Source of the DNA: Solirubrobacterales bacterium
Lineage (GTDB): Bacteria > Actinomycetota > Thermoleophilia > Solirubrobacterales > 70-9
Assembly (NCBI GenBank): GCA_035509895.1
Contig: DATKIA010000023.1
Span: 7-64,006, forward strand
Length of the DNA: 64,000 bases
Direction of reading: 5' to 3'
The notes below the pieces were generated by a model. It worked only from the letters and a program-made list of their open reading frames with translations, had not been told where the DNA came from and did not search any database. Positions 1-8,397 of this stretch are shown here, piece by piece. Each line of letters begins with the position of its first letter. Position 1 is the stretch's first letter. The position numbers and the translations under genes were made by a program.

Positions 1-230
1 ACGAGGGTGGCGAGCCGATCCCGTACGACGACCTGCCGCTGGTCTCGGCGGTCCGCAACGGCCACCCGGCGCACGCCAACTTCGAGATCCAGTCCGCCGA
101 CGGCGCGCGACACGAAATCGAGGCCTCGGCCTTCCCGATCCTGACCGCGCACGGCTCGCAGGGCGCGATCGCGATCTTCTGGCCGACCGCGCAGATGAAC
201 GGCAACAGCAACGGCGTGGGGCCGGCGTGA
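1..230 (+). CDS. PAS-domain sensor protein, C-terminal fragment (5' end outside window)
   Basis: The open frame (codon phase starting at nt 3) runs off the left edge and stops at TGA 228-230. The translation ...NFEIQSADGARHEIEASAFPILTAHGSQGAIAIFWPT looks like the last beta-strands of a PAS fold. The stop overlaps the next start (GTGA). Confidence 0.5.
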   Translation, partial: EGGEPIPYDDLPLVSAVRNGHPAHANFEIQSADGARHEIEASAFPILTAHGSQGAIAIFWPTAQMNGNSNGVGPA

Positions 231-1144
231 AAGTCAAGCTCTGGGGCACCCGCGGCTCGATCCCGGCGCCTGGGCCGGAAACGATCCGCTACGGCGGCAA
301 CACCTCCTGCGTCGGCGTCACCCTCTCCGACGGCTCGCTGCTGGCGCTTGACGCCGGCAGCGGCATCCGCAACCTCGGCCTCGCGCTCGGCGACGAGCCG
401 ACCCGGCTGCACATCCTCCTCACCCACCTCCACCTCGACCACATCCAGGGGCTCGTCTTCTTTGCCCCTGCCTTTCGCCCCCAGACCGAGCTGGTGATTT
501 GGGGGCCGGCCTCGCCGGAGGCCTCGCTGCGCGACCGCATCGCCCGCTACATCTCTGCCCCGCTCTCGCCGGTCGAGGTCCGCGAGCTGCCCTGCGACGT
601 CTCCTTCCGCCACTGCCCCGAGACCGAGTGGGAGATCGGCCCGGCGCGGATCCGCGCCGCCTCCGTCGCCCACCGCGGACCGACCCTGGGCTACCGGATC
701 GACGACGGCGACTCCTCGCTCACCTACATCCCCGATCACGAGCCGGCGCTCGGTGCCGACCTCGACGAGCTCGACGAGGACTGGATCTCCGGCTTCGAGC
801 TGGCCCGCGACACCTCGCTGCTGATCCACGACGGCCAGTACGCCGACGCCGAGTACCCCGACCACATCGGCTGGGGCCACTCGGCGACCAGCCATGCGCT
901 CTCCTTCGCCCGCCGCACCGGGGCCGAGCGCACCGTCCTCTTCCACCACGACCCGCTCCACTCCGACGCCTTCCTCGACGGGCTTGAGGCCGAAGCACAG
1001 CAGGGCTGGGCCTCGCTCGGCGGTGTCGGCGACGCGATCGGGATCGGCGCCGAGGGCGATGAGCACCAGCTGCCGCCGCGGCCGGCGAGACCGATCGCAA
1101 CCGCGGTGCCGGCCCCGGCTCCCAGCCCTGCTGCCTCTGCCTGA
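227..1144 (+). CDS. MBL-fold metallo-hydrolase (class-II phosphodiesterase-like)
   Basis: 305-aa ORF with the HxHxDH metal motif (LLTHLHLDHIQGL) and downstream H/D ligands (IPDHEP, LIHDGQY, GWGHS). It is translationally coupled (GTGA) to the upstream PAS gene. Confidence 0.8.
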   Translation: MKVKLWGTRGSIPAPGPETIRYGGNTSCVGVTLSDGSLLALDAGSGIRNLGLALGDEPTRLHILLTHLHLDHIQGLVFFAPAFRPQTELVIWGPASPEASLRDRIARYISAPLSPVEVRELPCDVSFRHCPETEWEIGPARIRAASVAHRGPTLGYRIDDGDSSLTYIPDHEPALGADLDELDEDWISGFELARDTSLLIHDGQYADAEYPDHIGWGHSATSHALSFARRTGAERTVLFHHDPLHSDAFLDGLEAEAQQGWASLGGVGDAIGIGAEGDEHQLPPRPARPIATAVPAPAPSPAASA

Positions 1145-1191
1145 GCGCTACCCTCCCGGGCAGTGTCCTGGGCTCCCACTTTTCCCAGCAC

Positions 1192-1812
1192 GTGACGGGG
1201 ATCTCCCCCTCCCCGCTGGCGGCAGCCATCGAGCGTTCGGCGCTCGTCGCCGACGCCCTCGAGCTCGCCCGTGAAGCACACGCCGGTCAGGTCCGCAACG
1301 GCAGCGGCGGCCTGCCCTACATCGAGCATCCGCAGGCGGTGGCAGCACTGCTGGCCGAGTACGACTTCGGCGACGAGGTCCTTGCCGCGGCGCTCCTGCA
1401 CGACGTCGTCGAGGACTCGGAGACGACGGTCGAGGACCTGCGCGCACGCTTCGGCGAACCGGTCGCCGGCCTCGTCGCTGCCCTCAGCGACGACGAAACG
1501 ATCGCCGACTACCGCCAGCGCAAGGACGAGCACCGCGGCCGGGTCGCAGCCGCCGACGGCGACGCCTTCGCGATCTACGGCGCCGACAAGCTGACCAACG
1601 TCGGCATGCTGCGTCGCACCTACGCCGACGAGGGCGAGGCGATCGCCGAGGAGTTCGAGGTCCCGCTCGATCTCAAGCTCGAAGTCTGGGACGCCGACTG
1701 TGCGCTGCTGCAACGCGAGGCACCGCAACTGCCGTTCCTGGCCGAGCTCGAAGCCGAGCTCAGTCGCTTCCGGGAGGATCGAGCAGCGGCAGCCCCTCCT
1801 CCCGGTACTTGA
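1192..1812 (+). CDS. HD-domain (p)ppGpp-hydrolase-like protein (small alarmone hydrolase type)
   Basis: 206-aa ORF with a RelA/SpoT-type HD domain (YIEHPQAVAALL ... LLHDVVEDS) and no synthetase domain. Confidence 0.75.
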   Translation: MTGISPSPLAAAIERSALVADALELAREAHAGQVRNGSGGLPYIEHPQAVAALLAEYDFGDEVLAAALLHDVVEDSETTVEDLRARFGEPVAGLVAALSDDETIADYRQRKDEHRGRVAAADGDAFAIYGADKLTNVGMLRRTYADEGEAIAEEFEVPLDLKLEVWDADCALLQREAPQLPFLAELEAELSRFREDRAAAAPPPGT

Positions 1813-2284
1813 GCCGGCGCTTCAGCGGCAGCACCGCCCAGAGGACGATGAACATCGCCAAGGCGACGGCGACCGTGATGATCGTCGCCACGGTGCCGAA
1901 GAGGACGTCGGTGATCAGCATGATCGCGCAGGTCATCGCCAGCGCCAGGGTGGCGAGGCCGGCGATCGCGAGCCGGTTGGAGATGAAGACGAGGCGGTGC
2001 TTCTGCTGGTAGCGAAAAGTGATCCGGTGGTACGCGGACGGCGCAATCAAGAGTGCGGCCGAGAGCGCGGTCAGCAGCAGGGTCGCGAAGTAGACCTTCT
2101 TCTCGAATTCGGAGATTTTCGTGAAGTTCTGCTGGAACGGAACCGCCAACAGGAAAGCGAAGAGAACCTGGACGCCGGGCAGGGCGACCCGCAGCTCCTG
2201 CAGGAGCTCGCTGAGGTTGCGGTCGAGACGCTCCGCCTCGCTCTCGTCTCTCCCTGACGGGCGATCGGCCATCGTCTGCACCAT
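1760..2284 (-). CDS. DUF6328-family membrane protein
   Basis: Only the C-terminal 174 codons of ORF 1760..2746 look coding: RDESEAERLDRNLSELLQELRVALPGVQVLFAFLL followed by TM helices. The start is ATG 2284 (alternative 2272). The rest of that ORF is antisense to the photolyase gene. Confidence 0.7.
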   Translation of the reverse strand: MVQTMADRPSGRDESEAERLDRNLSELLQELRVALPGVQVLFAFLLAVPFQQNFTKISEFEKKVYFATLLLTALSAALLIAPSAYHRITFRYQQKHRLVFISNRLAIAGLATLALAMTCAIMLITDVLFGTVATIITVAVALAMFIVLWAVLPLKRRLKYREEGLPLLDPPGSD

Positions 2285-2293
2285 ACCCGCGAG

Positions 2294-3646
2294 ATGAAGA
2301 CCGCACTCATCCTCTTCAACCGCGACCTCCGGGTCCACGACAACCCCGCCCTCCTCGCCGCGGCAGCGGCCGAGCGAACGGTGCCCCTGTTCGTTCTCGA
2401 CGAGCGCCTGCTGCGCTCGCGTTTCGCCGCCCCGAACCGGGTCGCTTTCATGCGTGAGGCGCTCGCCGCTCTCGACGAGGGGCTCAAGCGGCGCGGCGCC
2501 CGGCTCATCGTCCGCCGCGGCGACCCGATCGAGGAGGCACTCGCGGTCGCCCGCGGGTGCGGCGCGACCGCGCTCCACGTCAGCGCCGACTGGAGCACCT
2601 ATGCCCGCCGGCGCGAGCGGCGCCTGGCCGCGGCCTGCGCGGCGGAGCGGATCGAGTTCCAGGCGCATCCCGGGGTGACGATCGTCCCGCCCGGCGCTGT
2701 CACCCCGACCGACGGCGACCACTTCAAAATCTTCAGCCCCTACCACCGCGCCTGGAGCGCGGCGCCGCTGCGCGAGGTCCGTGGGGCGCCGCGCAAGCTG
2801 CGCCTGCCCCGCGGCATCGCAGCCGGCCGGCTGCCGGCGCTGGAGAAACTGACCGGCGGTCGCCCTTCACCCGGCCTCGCGACCGGCGGCGAGAACGAGG
2901 GCCGCCAGCTGATGCGGCGCTTCCTCCGCAACCACCTCGGCGAATACGACGAGCGCCACGACGACCTGCCCGGCGACGCCACCTCGCGGCTCAGCGCTCA
3001 CCTCCGCTTCGGCACCGTCTCGCCGCTGGAGCTGGCGAGCGAGGCGGGCGGGCGCCGCGGGGGCGCCGCTTACGTGCGCCAGCTCTGCTGGCGCGACTTC
3101 CACCACCAGGTGCTGGCCGCCAACCCGTCGCTGCCGCGCCGCGACTACCGCCACCGCGGGGATCGCTGGTCGCGGTCGCAGCGGGCACTCGAGGCCTGGC
3201 GCGAGGGCCGCACCGGCTACCCGCTGGTCGACGCGGCGATGCGCCAGCTCGCCGCCGAGGGCTTCATGCACAACCGGGCGCGGATGGCGGTCGCCTCCTT
3301 CCTGACCAAGGACCTCTACGTCAACTGGCGCGAGGGCGCCTGGCATTTCTGGGACCTGCTGGCGGACGGCGACATCGCCAACAACGCCGGCAACTGGCAG
3401 TGGGTCGCCGGCACCGGCAACGACACCCGGCCCAACCGCGTCCTCAACCCGATCCGCCAGGCGCAGCGCTTCGACCCCGACGGCGTCTACGTCCGCCGCT
3501 ACCTGCCCGAGCTGGAATCGGTCCGCGGCAAGGCGATCCTCCGCCCCTGGCTGATGGAAGGCTTCAATCGCCTCGACTACCCGTCCCCGATCGTCGACCA
3601 CGACGAAGCCGTCGCCGAGTTCCGCGCCCGCCGCGAAGCCTCCTAA
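2294..3646 (+). CDS. phr: Deoxyribodipyrimidine photolyase (cryptochrome/photolyase family)
   Basis: 450-aa ORF with FAD-binding signature motifs WREGRTGYPLVDAAMRQL, GFMHNRARMAVASFLTKDL and NNAGNWQWVAGTG. Confidence 0.92.
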   Translation: MKTALILFNRDLRVHDNPALLAAAAAERTVPLFVLDERLLRSRFAAPNRVAFMREALAALDEGLKRRGARLIVRRGDPIEEALAVARGCGATALHVSADWSTYARRRERRLAAACAAERIEFQAHPGVTIVPPGAVTPTDGDHFKIFSPYHRAWSAAPLREVRGAPRKLRLPRGIAAGRLPALEKLTGGRPSPGLATGGENEGRQLMRRFLRNHLGEYDERHDDLPGDATSRLSAHLRFGTVSPLELASEAGGRRGGAAYVRQLCWRDFHHQVLAANPSLPRRDYRHRGDRWSRSQRALEAWREGRTGYPLVDAAMRQLAAEGFMHNRARMAVASFLTKDLYVNWREGAWHFWDLLADGDIANNAGNWQWVAGTGNDTRPNRVLNPIRQAQRFDPDGVYVRRYLPELESVRGKAILRPWLMEGFNRLDYPSPIVDHDEAVAEFRARREAS

Positions 3647-3651
3647 CACCC

Positions 3652-3702
3652 GCCGAGGTTGCGTTTACCCTGCCTATAGGAGGCAAAAGGCAACCTCGGC
3701 GT
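3652..3702. repeat. Palindromic intergenic element, copy 1 (12-bp perfect stem CGCCGAGGTTGC/GCAACCTCGGCG around a CCTATAGG core)
   Basis: Paired by hand as 3652-3663 with 3691-3702. It is homologous to 46683-46736 (shared CCGAGGTTGC..TTACCC..CCTATAG..AGGC..AAAAGGCAACCTCGG). It starts 6 nt after the phr stop. Confidence 0.7.
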
Positions 3703-3710
3703 AGGATCGC

Positions 3711-4391
3711 TTGATGGGACGACTGGCGGTGGTGCTCGGGAGCTCTGCGTTGGGGCCGGGTGGGGCGGAGATCGCCCATGCGGCGGCCGAGCAGGGGGCG
3801 GCGATCGTGCAACGGCACACCGGCGATCCCTACGTTCTTCCGCACCAAATCGACCATGTCGCCAACCTGCGGCACCTGGCCGAGCAGGGCTGCGACCGGG
3901 TGCTGGCGATCTCCTCGGTCGGCTCGCTCAGCACCGATCTGGCCGTCGGCACCGTCGTCTGCCCCGACGACTTCATCGCCCTCCACATCGACGTCTCGAT
4001 CTTCGCCGACGCCCGCGCCCACACCGCGCCCGGCTTCGACGAGCACTGGCGCCAAGAAGTGATCGAGGCTTGGGGCGCAGGCGGCGAGCCGCCGCGCGAC
4101 GGCGGCGTCTACTGGCAGACGGTCGGGCCCCGCTTCGAGACGCCGGCCGAGATCCGGTTGATCGCCGCCCACGCCGACGTCGTCGGCATGACCGTCGCCT
4201 CCGAGTGCGTGGTCGCCGCCGAGCTCGGGCTCCAGTACGCAGCTCTCTGCATGGTCGACAACCTCGCCAACGGCCTCGGCGAAAGCCGCCTCAGCGTCGC
4301 CGAGCTGGAGGCCGATCGGGCGCAGAACGCGACGCAGCTGCGCGACGGCCTCGCCGCGGTGCTGCCCAAGCTCGGGGCGGTGGGCCCGTGA
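3711..4391 (+). CDS. MTA/purine-nucleoside phosphorylase family protein
   Basis: 226-aa ORF with a TTG/ATG start. Motifs SSVGSL, YWQTVGPRFETPAEIR and VVGMTVASECVVAAELG...MVDNLANG are typical of the MTAP/PNP family. The adjacent gene is an MTA/SAH-deaminase-like gene. Confidence 0.75.
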   Translation: MMGRLAVVLGSSALGPGGAEIAHAAAEQGAAIVQRHTGDPYVLPHQIDHVANLRHLAEQGCDRVLAISSVGSLSTDLAVGTVVCPDDFIALHIDVSIFADARAHTAPGFDEHWRQEVIEAWGAGGEPPRDGGVYWQTVGPRFETPAEIRLIAAHADVVGMTVASECVVAAELGLQYAALCMVDNLANGLGESRLSVAELEADRAQNATQLRDGLAAVLPKLGAVGP

Positions 4392-4439
4392 TCGCGTGGT
4401 TCCTTTTTCGCCGTATGGGTCCGAAAGGAACCACGCGAT
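4391..4439 (+). promoter_or_regulatory. 16-bp perfect stem-loop spanning the MTAP stop codon and the mtaD-like start codon
   Basis: ATCGCGTGGTTCCTTT (4391-4406) pairs perfectly with AAAGGAACCACGCGAT (4424-4439), leaving a 17-nt loop. The right arm contains the AT of ATG 4438. Confidence 0.5.
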
Positions 4440-5679
4440 GGGGTTGATGGTGACCGACGCCCGGCTCGACGGCGAGACGGTCGGGGTGCGCTGCGTCGAC
4501 GGCTCGATCGAGGCGATCGGTCCCGAGGTCGCGCCGCTCGAGGGCGACGAAACGATCGACGCCGGCGGGGCGCCGTTGGTGGCGCCGCTGATCAACGGCC
4601 ACACGCACGCGGCGATGACCCTGTTCCGCGGCTCCGGCGGCGACCTGCCGCTGATGCCCTGGCTCGAAGACCTGATCTGGCCGATCGAGGCGAAGCTCGA
4701 CGACGAGGACGTCTACTGGGGGACCCGGCTCGCCTGCGCGGAGATGATCCGCACCGGCACGACCCGGTTCTGGGACATGTACTGGCGGCCGCAGGCAACG
4801 GCGCGGGCGGTGGCCGACTCCGGCATGCGGGCGACGGTCGGGGCGCCGCTGTTCGACGCCAACGGCGACGCCGAGGGGCTGCGCGCCTCGGCTCACGAGA
4901 GCCTGGCGATGTTGGCCGAGCAGGAGCCGCGCATCACCCCCGCCCTCGCCCCGCACGCGATTTACACCGTCAGCGAAAGCTCGCTGCGCTGGATCGCCGC
5001 GCTCGGCGCCGAGCGCGGCCTGCCGATCCAGATCCACCTCTCGGAGACGGCGAAAGAGGTCGAAGACTGCATCGCCGCCCACGGCATCCGCCCCGCCCCG
5101 TACCTCGACCGGCTGGGGATGCTGAACGAGCGCACGGTGCTCGCCCACGGCGTCTGGCTCGACCCCGAGGAGCTGGCGCTGATCGCCGAGCGCGGCGCCA
5201 CCGTCGTCACCAACCCGGTCGCCAACATGAAGCTCGCGGTCGGCGGCATCTTCCCCCACCCAGCCGCGAAGGCCGCAGGAGTCGCGGTCGGGCTCGGCAC
5301 CGACGGCGCCGGCTCCAACGACTCGCTCGACCTGCTCTCGGACCTGAAGGCCTTCGCCCTCGCCCAGAAGCACGCCGCCGCCGACCCGACCGCGATCGAT
5401 GCCGCCGAGGCCTGGGCGGTCGCGACCGGCGCCCGGGCACCGCTGCTCGGCGCCGGCGCCCTCGCCCCCGGCGAGCCGGCCGACTTCCTGCTCTTGCGCG
5501 GCGACTCGCCCGCGCTCGGGGTTGGCGACCTCACCGCCGGACTCGTCTACGCCGCCTCCGGCGCGGTAGTCGACACCACCGTCGTCGCCGGCCGGGTGCT
5601 GATGCGCGGCGGCGAGCTCCCGGGCGAGGAGGAGATCGTCGCCCGCGCCGCCGAGCGCGCCCGCCGCCTCGGCCTCTAA
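4438..5679 (+). CDS. mtaD: Amidohydrolase, 5-methylthioadenosine/S-adenosylhomocysteine deaminase-like
   Basis: Start taken at ATG 4438 (MGLMVTDARL). Has the metal motif INGHTHAAMTLFRG plus HLSET and GTDGAGSND, typical of the MtaD/SsnA-type amidohydrolase family. Confidence 0.8.
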   Translation: MGLMVTDARLDGETVGVRCVDGSIEAIGPEVAPLEGDETIDAGGAPLVAPLINGHTHAAMTLFRGSGGDLPLMPWLEDLIWPIEAKLDDEDVYWGTRLACAEMIRTGTTRFWDMYWRPQATARAVADSGMRATVGAPLFDANGDAEGLRASAHESLAMLAEQEPRITPALAPHAIYTVSESSLRWIAALGAERGLPIQIHLSETAKEVEDCIAAHGIRPAPYLDRLGMLNERTVLAHGVWLDPEELALIAERGATVVTNPVANMKLAVGGIFPHPAAKAAGVAVGLGTDGAGSNDSLDLLSDLKAFALAQKHAAADPTAIDAAEAWAVATGARAPLLGAGALAPGEPADFLLLRGDSPALGVGDLTAGLVYAASGAVVDTTVVAGRVLMRGGELPGEEEIVARAAERARRLGL

Positions 5680-5695
5680 TACCCCTGGGGGGTAT
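5679..5695. promoter_or_regulatory. Candidate CsoR operator (ATACCCC-TGG-GGGGTAT, 7-3-7 inverted repeat)
   Basis: Perfect G/C-tract-centred palindrome 9 nt upstream of the csoR GTG. It resembles known CsoR operators of the TACCC..GGGTA type. Confidence 0.6.
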
Positions 5696-5703
5696 CTGGT
5701 ATC

Positions 5704-5985
5704 GTGCCTGCCATGGTCGGATACGAGCAGGACAAGGACAAGCTGTTGAAACGCCTCTCGCGGATCGAGGGCCAGGTGCGCGGGGTCTCGCGGATGGTCG
5801 AGGAAGAGCGCTACTGCATCGACGTGCTGACCCAGATCAGCGCGATCGAGGCGGCACTCGACAAGGTCGCGCTGGGCTTGATCGACGATCACACCCGCCA
5901 CTGCGTGGTCGAGGCCGAAGGCGGTGAGCGGGTCGAGAAGGTCGACGAGCTGATGGCCGCCCTCGGTCGCTTCGTCAAACGGTGA
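5704..5985 (+). CDS. csoR: Metal-sensing transcriptional repressor, CsoR/RcnR family
   Basis: 93-aa ORF with LLKRLSRIEGQVRGVSRMVEEERYCIDVLTQISAIEAALDKV...HCV. The Cys and His ligand positions of the family are present. Confidence 0.88.
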   Translation: MPAMVGYEQDKDKLLKRLSRIEGQVRGVSRMVEEERYCIDVLTQISAIEAALDKVALGLIDDHTRHCVVEAEGGERVEKVDELMAALGRFVKR

Positions 5986-6004
5986 GACGAGCCGGGGCGG
6001 GGCG

Positions 6005-7147
6005 ATGAGCGACGTGCTGGGAAAGATCTGGGAGGGCTTCGAACAGTCCTTCCTGATGGCGTATGAGGTCTGGTGGGCGCTTGTCCTCGGCTTCGCGATC
6101 TCCGGGATCGTCCAGGCCTGGGTGCCGCGCGAACGGATCGAAGGCGCCCTCTCCGGTCACGGATTTGTGCCAGTCGCGAAGGCGACCGGGCTCGGCGCCG
6201 CCTCCTCCTCCTGCTCCTACGCGGCGATCGCGATCGCCAAGTCGCTGTTCCAGAAGGGCGCTTCGGCGGTCACTGCGCTCGCCTTTCAGTTCGCCTCGAC
6301 CAACCTCGTCTGGGAGCTGGGGCTGGTCCTCTGGGTCCTGATCGGGTGGCAGTTCGCGCTCGCCGAGTACGTCGGCGGGATCATCATGATCGCGCTGATG
6401 GCGCTGCTCCTGCGCCGCTTCGTCTCACCGCGCCTCGAGGAGCAGGCCCGCGCTCACGCCCAGCAGGCGGGGGCCAGCCACGAGCATGACCACGGCGGCT
6501 ACGAAGAGGCGCGCAGCTGGCGCCGGAAATTCACCTCGGCCGACGCCTGGGCCGAGGTCGGCGGCAACTTCCGCGGCGACTGGGGAATGCTCTGGAAGGA
6601 GATCACGATCGGGTTCCTGCTTGCCGGCTTCATCGGCCTGCTCGGCGATGACTTCTTCAACGTCCTCTTCATCACCGACGCGCCGCCGCTGGTGCAGACG
6701 ATCGAGAACGTCCTCGTCGGCCCGTTGATCGCGATCCTCAGCTTCGTCTGCTCGGTCGGCAACGTGCCGCTGGCGGCGGTCCTCTGGTCCGGCGGGATCA
6801 GCTTCGCCGGCGTCATCGCCTTCATCTTCGCCGACCTGATCGTGATCCCGATCGTGCTCGCCTACCGCAAGTACTACGGCACCGCCTTCGCCCTGCGGAT
6901 CACCGCCCTGATGTTCGTCACGATCGTGCTCGCAGCGCTGGCGGTCGATGGTCTTTTCAGCCTCCTCGGCCTGATCCCGGAGGGCTCGCGCCCGACCCGG
7001 ACCGACATCTTCGGCTCGATCGAGCTCGACTACAAGCTGGTCCTCAACGTCGTCGCGACGGCGATCTTCCTCGCCCTGCTCTGGGTCAGCCGCGGCCGCA
7101 GCGGCTCAACTCACTGCGAGCACCACGGCGCTCACCAGATGGGCTGA
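6005..7147 (+). CDS. Permease, UPF0718/ArsP-like family, with His-rich loop and tail
   Basis: 380-aa polytopic ORF with an N-terminus WWALVLGFAISGIVQAWVP and the motif GAASSSCSYA. It has a central His-rich loop HAQQAGASHEHDHGG and a tail STHCEHHGAHQMG. It lies 19 nt downstream of csoR. Confidence 0.7.
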   Translation: MSDVLGKIWEGFEQSFLMAYEVWWALVLGFAISGIVQAWVPRERIEGALSGHGFVPVAKATGLGAASSSCSYAAIAIAKSLFQKGASAVTALAFQFASTNLVWELGLVLWVLIGWQFALAEYVGGIIMIALMALLLRRFVSPRLEEQARAHAQQAGASHEHDHGGYEEARSWRRKFTSADAWAEVGGNFRGDWGMLWKEITIGFLLAGFIGLLGDDFFNVLFITDAPPLVQTIENVLVGPLIAILSFVCSVGNVPLAAVLWSGGISFAGVIAFIFADLIVIPIVLAYRKYYGTAFALRITALMFVTIVLAALAVDGLFSLLGLIPEGSRPTRTDIFGSIELDYKLVLNVVATAIFLALLWVSRGRSGSTHCEHHGAHQMG

Positions 7148-7197
7148 CCCGTCAAAGGTTTCAAAGCCGGGGTGGCAAGGGGTATAGGTTTGTAACA

Positions 7198-8397
7198 GTG
7201 CCGCCGGGCGAGGCCGCAATCGACATACAGTCCCAGTCAGGGGCCTCCTCGGTCAGCTACCAGGGGGCGACGAAGCATTACGGCAACTCCGACTCGATCG
7301 CCGTCGATCACCTGACTCTCGAGGTGCCGGCTGGCGAGATCTGCGTACTCGTCGGGCCCTCAGGCTGCGGCAAGACGACGGCGATGCGGATGGTCAACCG
7401 CATGGTCGAGATCACCGAGGGCGACATCCTCGTCGGCGGCGAGTCGGTCCGCGACCGCGACCCGGCCCGGCTGCGTCGCGAGATCGGCTACGTGATCCAG
7501 GAGACCGGCCTCTTCCCGCACCGCACGATCTCCGAGAACGTCGGCACCGTGCCGCAGCTGCTGGGCTGGAAGAAGGACCGCACCCGGGCCCGCACCGGCG
7601 AGCTGCTGGAGCTGGTCGGCCTCGACCCCGAGCTCGGCGACCGCTACCCGGCGCAACTCTCCGGCGGCCAGCAGCAGCGGGTCGGCGTCGCCCGCGCGCT
7701 CGCCGCCGACCCGCTGGTGATGCTGATGGACGAGCCCTTCGGGGCGATCGACCCGATCAACCGCGAGCGCCTGCAGAACGAGTTCCTCCGCCTCCAGGCC
7801 GAGATCCAGAAGACGGTCCTCTTCGTCACCCATGACATCGACGAGGCGATCAAGATGGGCGACCGGATCGCGATCCTGCGCGAGGGCGGCAAGCTCGAGC
7901 AGTACGCGACGCCGGCCGAGATCCTGATGGCACCGGCAACCGAGTTCGTCGAGGACTTCGTCGGCGCCGACCGGGCGCTGAAGCGACTGGCGTTGATGCG
8001 GGTCTCCGACATCGACCTCTGGAAGGCGCCCATCGCTCGTCCCGGCCAGCCCACCGCCGAGGTCCGGGCGGAGCTCGACGCACCCGACGTCGAGGTCCCC
8101 TACCCCCTCCTCCTCGACGGCAACGAGCGGCCGCTCGGCTGGCTCTCCGAGCGCGACCTGCGGGCCGAGACGGTGCCCGAGAAACCCGACTCGCCGCTCG
8201 GCCCGCTGCTCGATCGCGACGACGTGATGCGCGACGCGCTCGCCGACCTGCTCCAGGGCGAGGCCCAGTACGCGGCCGTGGTCGATCACCAGGGCCGGAT
8301 CGACGGCGTCCTCTCGGTCGAGATCATCTCCGAGTTCCTCGCCTCGCCGAAAGCGAAGACGGAGGAGCACAGCGCCGTGGAGCGGCCCCATGACTAG
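7198..8397 (+). CDS. Osmoprotectant (glycine betaine/carnitine/choline) ABC transporter ATP-binding protein with CBS domains
   Basis: Walker A GPSGCGKTT, signature LSGGQQQRV and Walker B LLMDEPF, with a C-terminal CBS-pair-like region. It is the first gene of a four-gene Opu-type operon. Confidence 0.85.
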   Translation: MPPGEAAIDIQSQSGASSVSYQGATKHYGNSDSIAVDHLTLEVPAGEICVLVGPSGCGKTTAMRMVNRMVEITEGDILVGGESVRDRDPARLRREIGYVIQETGLFPHRTISENVGTVPQLLGWKKDRTRARTGELLELVGLDPELGDRYPAQLSGGQQQRVGVARALAADPLVMLMDEPFGAIDPINRERLQNEFLRLQAEIQKTVLFVTHDIDEAIKMGDRIAILREGGKLEQYATPAEILMAPATEFVEDFVGADRALKRLALMRVSDIDLWKAPIARPGQPTAEVRAELDAPDVEVPYPLLLDGNERPLGWLSERDLRAETVPEKPDSPLGPLLDRDDVMRDALADLLQGEAQYAAVVDHQGRIDGVLSVEIISEFLASPKAKTEEHSAVERPHD

